Origin: Nanobdellati archaeon | GTDB taxonomy: Archaea > EX4484-52 > GLR71 | Assembly (NCBI GenBank): GCA_019429125.1 | Contig: JAHYJO010000013.1 | Coordinates: 1 to 46,275, forward strand | Direction: 5' to 3' | DNA length: 46,275 nt | In this document: positions 8,932 to 18,654 of the stretch, piece by piece | How positions within the stretch are numbered: position 1 is the first letter of the stretch | Layout: every line of letters begins with the position of its first letter | Position numbers and translations under genes: made by a program | Notes under the pieces: generated by a model | What the model saw: only the letters and a program-made list of their open reading frames with translations | Told to the model about the DNA's origin: nothing | Databases searched by the model: none

Positions 8932-11031
8932 TTAAGAAAATGAGTTACTTTTTTTAGTTGGTTTTTTATCTTCTGTTTTAGATTCCTCTATAGATTCTTG
9001 ATTTTCTATGTTATTATTTTTTGTGTATTCATATTTCTCGGTTTTGGGTTTGTTTCTTTTTTTAAGTAAATACAAACCTATAATAAATAAGACAATTAAA
9101 ATAAATATTGATGTTTTTGAATCGTTTAATCTCTCAATATTAGCTGTGACAAAACCTGTTAATGGTGATACTTGCGCATCTGTAGTTGTATCTGTTGAAG
9201 TTGTAGTATCTATTGTTGATGTATCTGTCTCACTAGGAACTGTTGGTTCTATAATTTGATCAGGTATTGACTCCACATAGGTCTTTTTAATTTTATTATC
9301 TACACAATCTAATGAACATTCATTATAGTTTTCATTTGTCTGGCAGATGTTGTCACCACAGTATTCTAATATACCACAGTCTGCTTCACATCCAATGTCT
9401 GTCCTAGGATCATAATAGGTCTCTGTTGACTGACAGATGTTGTCTCCACAATAGGATTGTATTATGTGTCTACTACCTCTTGAAGGTGTAGTTGGTTCTT
9501 CAATTGGTGCAACATATGTGTCTTTTGTTGCTGTGTCAGTTCCCGTAAGACCTATGTTTCCAAATGAATCTGTTAATATGACTGAGACATTCAAAGTTCC
9601 GTCTGATAAATTTGAAACATCTATGTCTGTGATATTTATGTTACCTGAAATGTTGACTGTTGAAGTTCCTGTTAGGTTATTTGAAATACTATCTATAATT
9701 AGATAATTAATAATTGCGTTTGGTTCACCTGTACCTGTAATTGTTACTGATTCTTTGTTTGCAAATGTTATAGGATTAAGTAAGGTTATGTTTGGTGCAG
9801 TTGGGGCTGTTGTGTCTTTTGTTGCATTGTCAGTTCTTGCAAGACCTATGTTTCCTACTATATCTGTTAGTATTACTGAAACTGTTAAAGTTCCGTCTGC
9901 GAGAGTTGAAACATCTATGTCTGTGATATTTATGTTTCCTGAAATTTTGACGGTTGAATTTCCGGTTATGTTGTTTAAAAGACTATCAAAAATTAGATAA
10001 TTGATAATTGCATTTGGTTCGCCAGTGCCTGTGATTGTTATGGCCATCTCATTTGCAGGAATTATCGGATCAAGTAAGGTTATATTAGGTGCATTGGGTA
10101 AAGTTTCATCCCATACTAATGTCATTTCGTCATAACCTGTGTTTCCTACATTGTCTGTGACTGTTAATCTTATTGTGTATGTACCATCTGTATCTGCGGA
10201 GATTGTTGTTGTCTCTTCAGTTGGTGCTCCAAAAGTTATTATTCCTGGACCTGAGACATTTGTCCAGTTGTAAGATGCAACTCCTGAATATGTGTCTGTG
10301 GCTGTTGCAGTCTGCAATATTTCTGTATTTGTTGTCTTATCTGTTCCAGCATCAACTGTTGGGCCTGTCTTGTCTATTTTTATGATTGTTGTGGATGTTT
10401 CGGGTTCAGGTATATTCCTAGCTTTATCTGCAGTTGTATACATTAAGTATGTTATGCCCTCGTCGGAGAATATCATTTTTCCACCATAAATAATTGATGG
10501 ATAACAAGAATTTGTGCTAATACAGTATTTAGTAAAGGTTCTATCTGTTAGTGAACCTATATCACTAACCTCTAGGTTTATAGTTTGGCTGTTATTTTGC
10601 CAAATATTATCTTTTAGACTATAATCATCTGAGATTATAGGTTTTATCTTGTCAATCTGAATTAGATTTGAAGTCTTTATTGTTTCATTGTTTCCTGCAT
10701 TGTCTGTTGACTGATATCTTACATACACCTGACAAACTATATCAGGATTACAAGTTATATCAACTACAGTTCCAATCTGATTGGGTGCACAAGTATTGGC
10801 GCCAATACAGTATTTTGTCGTATTTACACCTGTATCGTCATCTGTTGCAGTCAAAAGTATGGTCTGATTGTAATTCGTCCATGTAGATGTAGAATTATCT
10901 GTTGTTGTTGGCGCGGTCTCATCAATTGCAAAAACAGGCACTGCGCTGATAGAAATAAAGATAAAGATGACTAAGAGTATATGTTTGTAAGCTCGTATGA
11001 AATTAAATCGTTTTGATCTCGTTTCTGACAT
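8932..11031 (-). CDS. Cell-surface protein: signal peptide, Ig/PKD-like domains, two 98-aa Ig repeats, Cys-rich CGDNIC repeats, C-terminal TM anchor
   Basis: N-terminal hydrophobic stretch; D.T.P linkers; YCGDNICQ twice; Thr-rich linker; TM followed by a basic tail. Confidence 0.85.
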   Translation of the reverse strand: MSETRSKRFNFIRAYKHILLVIFIFISISAVPVFAIDETAPTTTDNSTSTWTNYNQTILLTATDDDTGVNTTKYCIGANTCAPNQIGTVVDITCNPDIVCQVYVRYQSTDNAGNNETIKTSNLIQIDKIKPIISDDYSLKDNIWQNNSQTINLEVSDIGSLTDRTFTKYCISTNSCYPSIIYGGKMIFSDEGITYLMYTTADKARNIPEPETSTTIIKIDKTGPTVDAGTDKTTNTEILQTATATDTYSGVASYNWTNVSGPGIITFGAPTEETTTISADTDGTYTIRLTVTDNVGNTGYDEMTLVWDETLPNAPNITLLDPIIPANEMAITITGTGEPNAIINYLIFDSLLNNITGNSTVKISGNINITDIDVSTLADGTLTVSVILTDIVGNIGLARTDNATKDTTAPTAPNITLLNPITFANKESVTITGTGEPNAIINYLIIDSISNNLTGTSTVNISGNINITDIDVSNLSDGTLNVSVILTDSFGNIGLTGTDTATKDTYVAPIEEPTTPSRGSRHIIQSYCGDNICQSTETYYDPRTDIGCEADCGILEYCGDNICQTNENYNECSLDCVDNKIKKTYVESIPDQIIEPTVPSETDTSTIDTTTSTDTTTDAQVSPLTGFVTANIERLNDSKTSIFILIVLFIIGLYLLKKRNKPKTEKYEYTKNNNIENQESIEESKTEDKKPTKKSNSFS
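9505..10092 (-). repeat. Tandem 294-bp (98-aa) Ig-like domain duplication
   Basis: APNITLL.PI..ITGTGEPNAIINYLI..SGNINITDIDVS.L.DGTL.VSVILTD occurs twice, 294 bp apart. Confidence 0.9.
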
Positions 11032-11330
11032 AATTATTTAACTCTGCTTGGCGTTTTTGTTCACTAGTTAACAATAAATCATTTATTAGTAACAACAACA
11101 ATAGGTTTATTTGTGTGTGAAACTATATAAATGTGTGTTTTTTAGAATGTGAAATTCAATCAATCTTAATATTTGTGATTGCAATTTATTGATTAGTTAT
11201 GCTTAAAACTTAAAGGTATACAGGTCTGTATATCTAAATCTTTTTGAAAAAATGGATCTTTCTTAAAAACATTCCACTACTATTTTGGATAGGCATGTTA
11301 CCTTTGAATGTAACATTTATGCATTTAAGC

Positions 11331-12632
11331 CTATTTTATCACGGTTGATTGTAATAGATATTTCCATAAGGGTATGAATTGTATGTTATCTTTTTCAACT
11401 TCTAAATCTTTTGTTATTAAAATCATCTTTACAGGTTTATCTATAATTTCATTAAAACTTTTTAGTGCTCTTGTTTCACGTTCTGCTATATCATCAGCAT
11501 AGGTTACATTAATTGCAGTGAAACTATTATCTATTTCTTTAATTACAAAATCAACTTCGTGACCTTTTTCATTTTTCCAATAATAACAATCTTTATTTCG
11601 TCTTTTTAATTCTGTCATAACTAAATTCTCTGCAAGTTTCCCTTCATCTTTTGAAAAACTAAATGCAACAGCGTTTCTTAATCCATTGTCAATGCAATAA
11701 ATTTTTGATGGAAGATGTTTTTGTTCCCTAAAAGAATATGAAAAATAATCCATCTTGAAGAATAAGTATGCATCTATAAAATGAGATAAATATTCATTTA
11801 TTGTATCATATGATAAACCTATGGTCTCCCTTGTTTTTCTAAGTGATATAGGTTTTGTTATTTCAGTCATAAACAATTTTGCAAGACCAAGAGCTTTTTG
11901 TATATTTATGTTATGTCTTGTAAGTATATCTTTGAAAAGTATGTCTTCAAAATATTGCTTAAGTATTTTCATCTTGAAATTCTCATCTTTAAGAGTTATT
12001 TCTGGAAATCCCCCTTCTTTTGTGTAACGAGATAAAGTATTAAGTAAATTAATTCTTGTTTTTTCAGTAATTATGCCTTTACTTATCTTTTCTTAATCTA
12101 TTTTTTGACCAATGAAGGTTAAATATTCCTGAAAACTTAAGGGGTACATTTCAAAAGTTATATTTCTTCCAGTAAGGAGTGTACTATATTCTTTTTTTAG
12201 GAGATGTGAGCAGGAGCCCGATACTATGAATTTTTCATTTGAACTTATATCATATTTTTTTCGTATCCAAGATTCCCAACCATCTTTTTTGTGTATTTCA
12301 TCAAAAAATATGTATGCTTTTTGCTGTGGATTAATATTTAAACGGTATGTTTTGTATATATCCTCAATTGAAAATTTTTCAAGAGTCATATCATCAAAAT
12401 TTATAAAAAGTATCTGTTCTGGCTTTATGCCTTTTTTAAATAATCGGGCTATCATCTGATACATCAATGTACTTTTTCCACATCGTCTTATTCCACTTAT
12501 GACTGTCACTTCTTTTATATCAACAGAATCAATAATATCCTTATGTCATTTTCTTTCTATTCCTTTAAGATTATCAATTCTTGATAACTCTTCCCACCAT
12601 GGATTCCATTCTAATAGTGATGTTATGTCCAT
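11331..12632 (-). pseudogene. AAA_14/DUF4143 (COG1373) ATPase with PD-(D/E)xK-like C-terminus; two in-frame stops
   Basis: One frame from ATG 12632 (WNPWW) through GIRRCGKST, FFDEIH, SGS, LTGR, GGFPE, KIYCIDNG and EVDFV; interrupted only by TGA 12546-12548 and TAA 12093-12095. Confidence 0.9.
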
Positions 12633-12662
12633 ATTATATTATTTTTTGATGAATTATATATG

Positions 12663-12750
12663 TGTTACGGTTGACTGTAACAAATTATATACTTTTGTTA
12701 CGATTGACTGTAACAAATAAGGTCATTTTGTTACGATTGAATATAACAAA
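12663..12750. promoter_or_regulatory. Three imperfect palindromes TGTTAC(G/A)nTTGA(C/A)T(G/A)TAACAAA at exact 33-bp spacing; putative operator array
   Basis: Copies at 12663, 12696 and 12729, interleaved with TATA-like boxes upstream of the ATPase start. Confidence 0.75.
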
Positions 12751-12827
12751 CAAGAGAAATAACACTTCTAATATACATTTTATAAAAAATAAAAATTACA
12801 GAGAAAAAAGTACTCTGTATAAAAATA

Positions 12828-14459
12828 TCAATAAGAATGCTTTTTCGGCTTATTTTTGTGCAAGACCATAATAATACCTACTATTCCTAATAAAGATACT
12901 ATAATCATATATTTAGATATATTATTTACTGGTTCTTTTTCAGAACTATCGTTTGTGACAACTGATTTAACAGGACAGGATTCTATAATATCCCAGCCTT
13001 CAGGGATATCACAAGGTGTCGGATAAATTATACACTCGTATGTTTCAGTATTTATAGCTGTTGTCATGACTTGTGCGCACATGTCTGTCTCTTCAAAATT
13101 GATTCCATAAACTTCAGAAGTAAAAGATGATACAATATCTGCATCAACCGCGGCAGCAACTTCATAATCAATTATTAAAATATCTCCAGGACTTACTGTA
13201 TCAAAGATTATTGCAAACTCAGGGTCATCTTCAACAATCTCGACTCTTGCGCCAGGGGCTGTGACTTTGATGTCTTTTGCAGATAAAGCAAATGATTTAG
13301 GCACTACGTCATATAAAATAAAATTAGTCATCTTTTCTTTGCCTTTATATTTTATAGAGGTCTGCATATTTGATTGGCTACTGCCTACATTAATCTGTCT
13401 GTTCATGTCAATTTGAGTAGTTATTGATTCTGAGATACGCATCATGTCATTAATTATATCTTGTGCCATTATATCTTTTCCAAGCGCAGTTTCAAGGGCG
13501 GTTTGAAGTCTTATGTTTTCATTAAGGCCTGTTCCTGCTACAAGAACTTGTCTGTGTGTGGCTTCTTTTTTTGTAGCTGACATAATTGTGTTGTTTGGAT
13601 AGTCCATTGTTATGTTATCTATAGTGGTGTTATTGTTTATGGAGGTATTATCATCTGTCTTTTTTTTATTATTATAATCATTATCGGTGGTGTTAGTCGT
13701 ATTATTATTGGCTTTCTCGTTATTACCTCCTCCATCTGTTGCAGAAGTATCAGGTTCTGATATCTTTAGTATTGAAAGGGTTCGTGTAATATGTTCTTGC
13801 GGGTCTGTTGATGTCACTGTTATTGTGAAATCATTTGATGGGTAGGGAGTGTCTGCACTGAGTATCCAAGACAAATCATATTCACCTGTAATCGTTCCTA
13901 TATCATAGGTATTATTGCCTGATAGCATAGTCCAATTATCTGAATGATAATCTAAATATACAAAAATACCATCAATGGGGCCTGTGACTGAAATACTTAA
14001 TGTCAAGATTGTTGTGTCACTGTATGATACATTGTATTTGTCTGATGAAAATTCAAGGATCATGATAGGTGCTATATTAACAGTAATTATGCTTGGAGAT
14101 GTAGCAGTGACCAAAACCGAATCTGCCATAGACACTTCTATGTCAAAAGGGTTTTCATAAATGCCTGTATTGTCTGCTGTAACTGTGAAAAATATTTCTT
14201 TTGTGCTTGGTGTATCAAATACTAATTGTTCTACACAGATATCACAACTTAAACCGTCTGCCGGATAAAGTGTGACAGAAGCTGTACCTGCTTTATCAAC
14301 TGTAACTGATACTGGCACTATGAATGCTGAATCCCTATAGATCCCTGTTTCATATTCACCTATATCTGCCTCTAAGTTTGCTGCAAATACTGTGCAGACC
14401 ATAAATACTAATATCATAAGATATGTTGTAAACCCTAAAATTAATCTTTTATCTGACAT
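12828..14459 (-). CDS. Membrane-anchored surface protein with Ig-like domains, N/T/D-rich linker, small Cys motif and C-terminal TM
   Basis: Signal peptide after ATG 14459 (AAGGT SD overlaps the upstream stop); CAQVMTTAIN..EC..YPTPCDIPEGW motif; TM followed by KNKPKK. Confidence 0.8.
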   Translation of the reverse strand: MSDKRLILGFTTYLMILVFMVCTVFAANLEADIGEYETGIYRDSAFIVPVSVTVDKAGTASVTLYPADGLSCDICVEQLVFDTPSTKEIFFTVTADNTGIYENPFDIEVSMADSVLVTATSPSIITVNIAPIMILEFSSDKYNVSYSDTTILTLSISVTGPIDGIFVYLDYHSDNWTMLSGNNTYDIGTITGEYDLSWILSADTPYPSNDFTITVTSTDPQEHITRTLSILKISEPDTSATDGGGNNEKANNNTTNTTDNDYNNKKKTDDNTSINNNTTIDNITMDYPNNTIMSATKKEATHRQVLVAGTGLNENIRLQTALETALGKDIMAQDIINDMMRISESITTQIDMNRQINVGSSQSNMQTSIKYKGKEKMTNFILYDVVPKSFALSAKDIKVTAPGARVEIVEDDPEFAIIFDTVSPGDILIIDYEVAAAVDADIVSSFTSEVYGINFEETDMCAQVMTTAINTETYECIIYPTPCDIPEGWDIIESCPVKSVVTNDSSEKEPVNNISKYMIIVSLLGIVGIIMVLHKNKPKKHSY

Positions 14460-14469
14460 ATATAACACC

Positions 14470-16869
14470 TTACTTGAACCATCCATATGTATATTCATCA
14501 TCGCCATCAATGTCAATAGTTACATAATAGCCACCATTGGACCAACCTGAATATGGACTTTCAATTACAATTGTGCAATTGGTCTCTATCATTGTACAAG
14601 ATGAATTGCTAGTAATCTTTTTACCTGTCATTTTGTTTATGATTTTTTTAATTGATACTTCAAGACTTTCTCCCTTATTATTTGAGAGTCCAAATATTTC
14701 TACAATCATGTTAACATCATCTTTCGTATTGGCATAAATCTTGTCAGGATCTTCAAGAGTTACTTTTATAGTATGCATCTGTTCTCGGAACTGACCATAT
14801 CCTGTTGCATCAACTATATAATCACCATCATTATGGGTGACCTCTGCGTATATCCTAAATTCGACTGAATGATATCCTGTAACTGAGTCATTTGCTATGA
14901 ATGAGACTAATGTAGTATTCTCTGAATATGAACTATTAATCTCAATGTCAACCATATTTTCCGTAACTATATATTTTGAGTCGTGGATTGTTGTTTTAAT
15001 TATGTCTGCTGAGATTATATCTTCTGAAGGAATAATAACACCAGTCAAAGCATCAGTTGCTGTGACTTCAAAATAGACACGTGAACCAGGAACTATAATA
15101 TTATTATTTTCATCAAAAGATATCTGCTTGATGTCAAGATACATGTCATCAACTTTGAACGATGTGGATATTGTCTTGATTTCATCGTCAATATTTACGG
15201 ATGCAACCAATCTATAAATACCACCTGTGTCGGGTGTGTTGAAAATAATTACACATGACTTGTCACCGTAATCTTTCTTGAGGTGGTTACGTATTGTGTT
15301 TGGGATGTTCTTTTCAAAAATATAATCTGAAATGCTTAATGTGCGGTATATCTCCTCTTGAAAAATATCTATATTATTTTTATCATATAGTGCTTTAACA
15401 ATTATGTTTGATATGTCGCAATCATCTGTCATATCTTCAAGTTTAATACGTTTCTTGTCTTTTGTACCTTTGCCAGAGATTATAATTGCATTTTCCTGGC
15501 CTGGTGCAAAAATGTTTGCTGTACTAAAGTCTGCAGATATTGGATATGCTGATAGGTCATACTCTTCAATTTCAAAATTTATCTTTCGGACTTCTTGTGT
15601 ATCTTGATATTTGAATTTGAACTGGACTAAAAATTTACCTTTTATATCTGTTGGGATTGTATAACTTCCTGTGAAGATGCCATCTATGTATGGATTAAGG
15701 ATAAATTTCTCTAGAGTCTTGTGGCCTGAAATCTTTGCTTCGGTTTTTTCAAGATCTTCTGTGATAAGAGTGTCGTCTGAACTAAATACTGAAGCTTTCA
15801 TAAATATTGTGTCACCGGGATATACTTTAAATACTGGGTTTCCAGATGCGTCGACAACAGATACTTTAAGGCCAAAAAGCTCTATGCGGTATGATTCTGT
15901 TGCAAGATTATCATTGAATACCATCGTGTGTGTTCCTGGAGATTGTGATAATTGTAATGTGGTGCTTAAGAGTCCAAATTGCCCTGTCTGACCTAATAAT
16001 ATGTTTGATTGTTCAATATTACCTTCGGAGTCTATTAAGTTCATGACAATATTTTTGTGAAGTATAGGGTCAGCTTCAGAGTCTAATGCAAGGACTAAAA
16101 GTTCAGATTGGGTCTGTGGTGGTTCAAAAACGTGTTTGATTCGTTTTGCAAATATGACAAAATTACCTTTTGGGTCTATGTACCATATTGAATATTTTTC
16201 ATCTGCAATCTTAACACTTGAACCTTCTTCAAGATAATTTGTATTTGATGTGAAATCAGAATCCTCGTCAATATATAATCTGTCATATCTGCCTGTTGTG
16301 TTTTCGAGTAATATATAATACTGTTTAGTGTTTTGGGTGTATACTGTGGCTTTCGTATCCATCATAGCTGGATTTACAATTATTGAATAGTCTTCGGGTG
16401 CATTGAATGATGAAATTACAAAAGAGTCTTCTACAAGTTCTACTTGCATTGCTGCAATATTTTGGACTGGTAAAGGGACTGTAATTGATATGGATTTTGT
16501 GGCACTTGTTTCAAGGATTGTAACTACAACATCATATTGTCCTGCAATATATGGTGCGGGAAATGTTGAGGCAAAGAAACTGAATCTATCTGAAACCTCT
16601 GTAGTTTCAAAGACTGTAATCCCTTCTGAATTTATAAGTTTTACCGATACATTAGCATAACTTATAAAAGACATGCTCTGGAATGCAAAACCATATACTT
16701 TGATATTATTACCTCCAATATAGTTGGATGCATCTACACCTATGTTTAATACTATATTGTCTGCTAAGACTAGAGATGATAAAGTATATATTGCAATTAT
16801 TGCAAAAAGTACAAATATACTGTTTTTTATGTGTCTGTTATCAAAAAGATTTAATCCGAGCCGATTCAT
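14470..16869 (-). CDS. Large secreted protein with repeated Ig/macroglobulin(MG2)-like beta-sandwich domains
   Basis: Signal peptide; recurring G.Y.V strands and 'YPGDTI' / 'PGSRVYF' domain starts; likely co-transcribed with the next gene. Confidence 0.75.
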   Translation of the reverse strand: MNRLGLNLFDNRHIKNSIFVLFAIIAIYTLSSLVLADNIVLNIGVDASNYIGGNNIKVYGFAFQSMSFISYANVSVKLINSEGITVFETTEVSDRFSFFASTFPAPYIAGQYDVVVTILETSATKSISITVPLPVQNIAAMQVELVEDSFVISSFNAPEDYSIIVNPAMMDTKATVYTQNTKQYYILLENTTGRYDRLYIDEDSDFTSNTNYLEEGSSVKIADEKYSIWYIDPKGNFVIFAKRIKHVFEPPQTQSELLVLALDSEADPILHKNIVMNLIDSEGNIEQSNILLGQTGQFGLLSTTLQLSQSPGTHTMVFNDNLATESYRIELFGLKVSVVDASGNPVFKVYPGDTIFMKASVFSSDDTLITEDLEKTEAKISGHKTLEKFILNPYIDGIFTGSYTIPTDIKGKFLVQFKFKYQDTQEVRKINFEIEEYDLSAYPISADFSTANIFAPGQENAIIISGKGTKDKKRIKLEDMTDDCDISNIIVKALYDKNNIDIFQEEIYRTLSISDYIFEKNIPNTIRNHLKKDYGDKSCVIIFNTPDTGGIYRLVASVNIDDEIKTISTSFKVDDMYLDIKQISFDENNNIIVPGSRVYFEVTATDALTGVIIPSEDIISADIIKTTIHDSKYIVTENMVDIEINSSYSENTTLVSFIANDSVTGYHSVEFRIYAEVTHNDGDYIVDATGYGQFREQMHTIKVTLEDPDKIYANTKDDVNMIVEIFGLSNNKGESLEVSIKKIINKMTGKKITSNSSCTMIETNCTIVIESPYSGWSNGGYYVTIDIDGDDEYTYGWFK

Positions 16870-16932
16870 AATAATCTACCATTTATTAATTTTTAATTGT
16901 GTGTAATGTATATATATAGGAAACGGTCGTAT

Positions 16933-17096
16933 GGAACTGTTAGTATTTTGAGTGATTTCAAAGAAATAGGGTTGATATTTAATTTTGGTAGTTTTGTTTA
17001 TATATATAAAATAGATATTTAACACATATATTTGGAATATTTATAAAAATAAACAACCTCTAAGAAATAAAAAATCATCCATTTTTTGAATTGAAT
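16933..17096. mobile_element. Degenerate copy of MITE family A
   Basis: Left end GGAACTGTTAGTATTTTGAGTGATTTCAAA resembles the 6186 left end; right part TTTATAAA..AAACAA..AAAATCA.CC..TTTTTGAA resembles 6296-6346; terminal GCC and TSD not preserved. Confidence 0.55.
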
Positions 17097-17219
17097 TTTT
17101 AATATGTTAATGATACCAGTACTACAAATGAATAGTAATATATATAGTTAATATTATCCATTTTTATTATATTTTACCAAGTTTATTTTATATCCAAAAT
17201 AAATAGGGGTTCTATAGAT

Positions 17220-17415
17220 TTGAAAACAAGCACATCATTCTTTGTAATTTTTGTTGCATCTATGTTTTTTATTACCTCCTGCATTTACAGATTATGTTGT
17301 ACTTAATATAGATATTGATTCACAGACTTATGATTTTTGAGATAATATGACCATTACTGGGTCTGCTTATAATAGTACAACCTTTTTGGGCAATGAGAAG
17401 GTGCGTATGAAATAG
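17220..17415 (+). pseudogene. Decayed 5' fragment paralogous to the 14470-16869 surface protein
   Basis: DYVVLNIDIDSQTYDF*DNMTITGSAYNSTTFLGNEKVRMK aligns without gaps to DNIVLNIGVDASNYIGGNNIKVYGFAFQSMSFISYANVSVK (14/41 identical); preceded by a frameshifted hydrophobic signal. Confidence 0.65.
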
Positions 17416-17547
17416 TCTTATTGGTAATTGTATGATGCTTATTTGCATTAATTGACTATATGTATTTTTTAAATATTTAAGAGTAATATCTCGCTTTAGA
17501 TTGCTAATCAATTAAACTTATAAATATATGAATTGTTTATTTATATT

Positions 17548-18144
17548 ATGGTACAACTTACTCCTGAACAGATGGCACAACTGCAGCAGCTTTCACCAGA
17601 TCAGAGAGCGCAGGTAGAACAGAAACTTGCAGCTCAAAGTGGTATAGAACAGGCACCACAACAGCCACAGGAATGTATATTTTGTAAGATTGCAAAAGGC
17701 GAGATTCCTGCAAAGATAATAGCACATAATAATGATAGCATTGCTTTTTTGGATATACAGCCAAAATCACCAGGACATACTATAATTGTCACAAAAGCAC
17801 ACATAGGCATGAGTTCAGAATTAAGCGAGACACAAAAGGCAAGTGTACAGAGGTTGATTGATATCATATCACAGAAGATGATGACTAATCTTAAGGCTAC
17901 AGGGTACATAACTATCAATCCTAATGGTGTGAGTGCAGGCCAAGTTATGTCACATTATGCTGTGCATCTGATTCCTACATACGGACCATCACCTGATTTG
18001 CCTGTAATGAGCATATTGCAACATGCAAAAGTTCCTGAATTTATGACGGATTCTATATTTTCAGCATTGCAATCTGGAGTTCAGGCAGCAACACTACCTG
18101 TAGGGGCTCCACCACAACAAAATAATGCGGGTTTTTATTTTTGA
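17548..18144 (+). CDS. HIT-family protein with Gln-rich N-terminus and degenerate histidine triad
   Basis: CIFCKIAKGEIPA, AFLDIQP.SPGHT, NG..AGQ; triad reads HYAVH. Confidence 0.9.
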   Translation: MVQLTPEQMAQLQQLSPDQRAQVEQKLAAQSGIEQAPQQPQECIFCKIAKGEIPAKIIAHNNDSIAFLDIQPKSPGHTIIVTKAHIGMSSELSETQKASVQRLIDIISQKMMTNLKATGYITINPNGVSAGQVMSHYAVHLIPTYGPSPDLPVMSILQHAKVPEFMTDSIFSALQSGVQAATLPVGAPPQQNNAGFYF

Positions 18145-18150
18145 GTTGAT

Positions 18151-18618
18151 ATGAAAAAAGAACAGTTGAACAAAAAAAATCTGAAAGATATTATAGACTG
18201 GCTTGATGAGACAGGATTAGTTTGTACTTTTTCCAAAAAAGATAAAGTTGAAAAACTAGATAATCATATACTTATTGTTAATGGAAATCTTGATTATATA
18301 GTTTATTCTGGTAAAGTTTACCCATCACTTAAACTTGTTCTAAAAGAAGGTGTTGACAAATTCAAACAGATTTTTGTTGATGCGGGTGCGATTAGGTTTA
18401 TGACCAAGGGCGCAGATGTCATGAGACCGGGCGTTACAAAAATTGATGATGATATCAATAAAGGTGACTTTATTGTTATAACTGATGATAGGTTCAATAA
18501 ACCGTTGGCTTGTGGGATTTCGGATTATGATTCGTTGGATATGCGCGCACTTGACAAAGGAAAGGTTGCAAAGAACATACATTTCGTAGGTGATGATGTC
18601 TGGAATGGGACATATTGA
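18151..18618 (+). CDS. PUA-domain RNA-binding protein (DUF1947/MCT-1-like)
   Basis: VDAGAIRFMTKGADVMRPG and KGKVAKNIHFVGDDVW motifs. Confidence 0.92.
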   Translation: MKKEQLNKKNLKDIIDWLDETGLVCTFSKKDKVEKLDNHILIVNGNLDYIVYSGKVYPSLKLVLKEGVDKFKQIFVDAGAIRFMTKGADVMRPGVTKIDDDINKGDFIVITDDRFNKPLACGISDYDSLDMRALDKGKVAKNIHFVGDDVWNGTY

Positions 18619-18654
18619 TATATATATATATATCTTGTCCAATTATAATATAAT

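Noticed and set aside
11331-12632. Stop-codon reassignment or selenocysteine
   Set aside because: The two internal stops differ (TGA, TAA), and both codons end conserved genes normally in this window (for example grpE TGA, dnaJ TAA).
12663-12750. Mini-CRISPR array
   Set aside because: Spacers are only 11 bp, there are three units and no cas genes; an operator array fits better.
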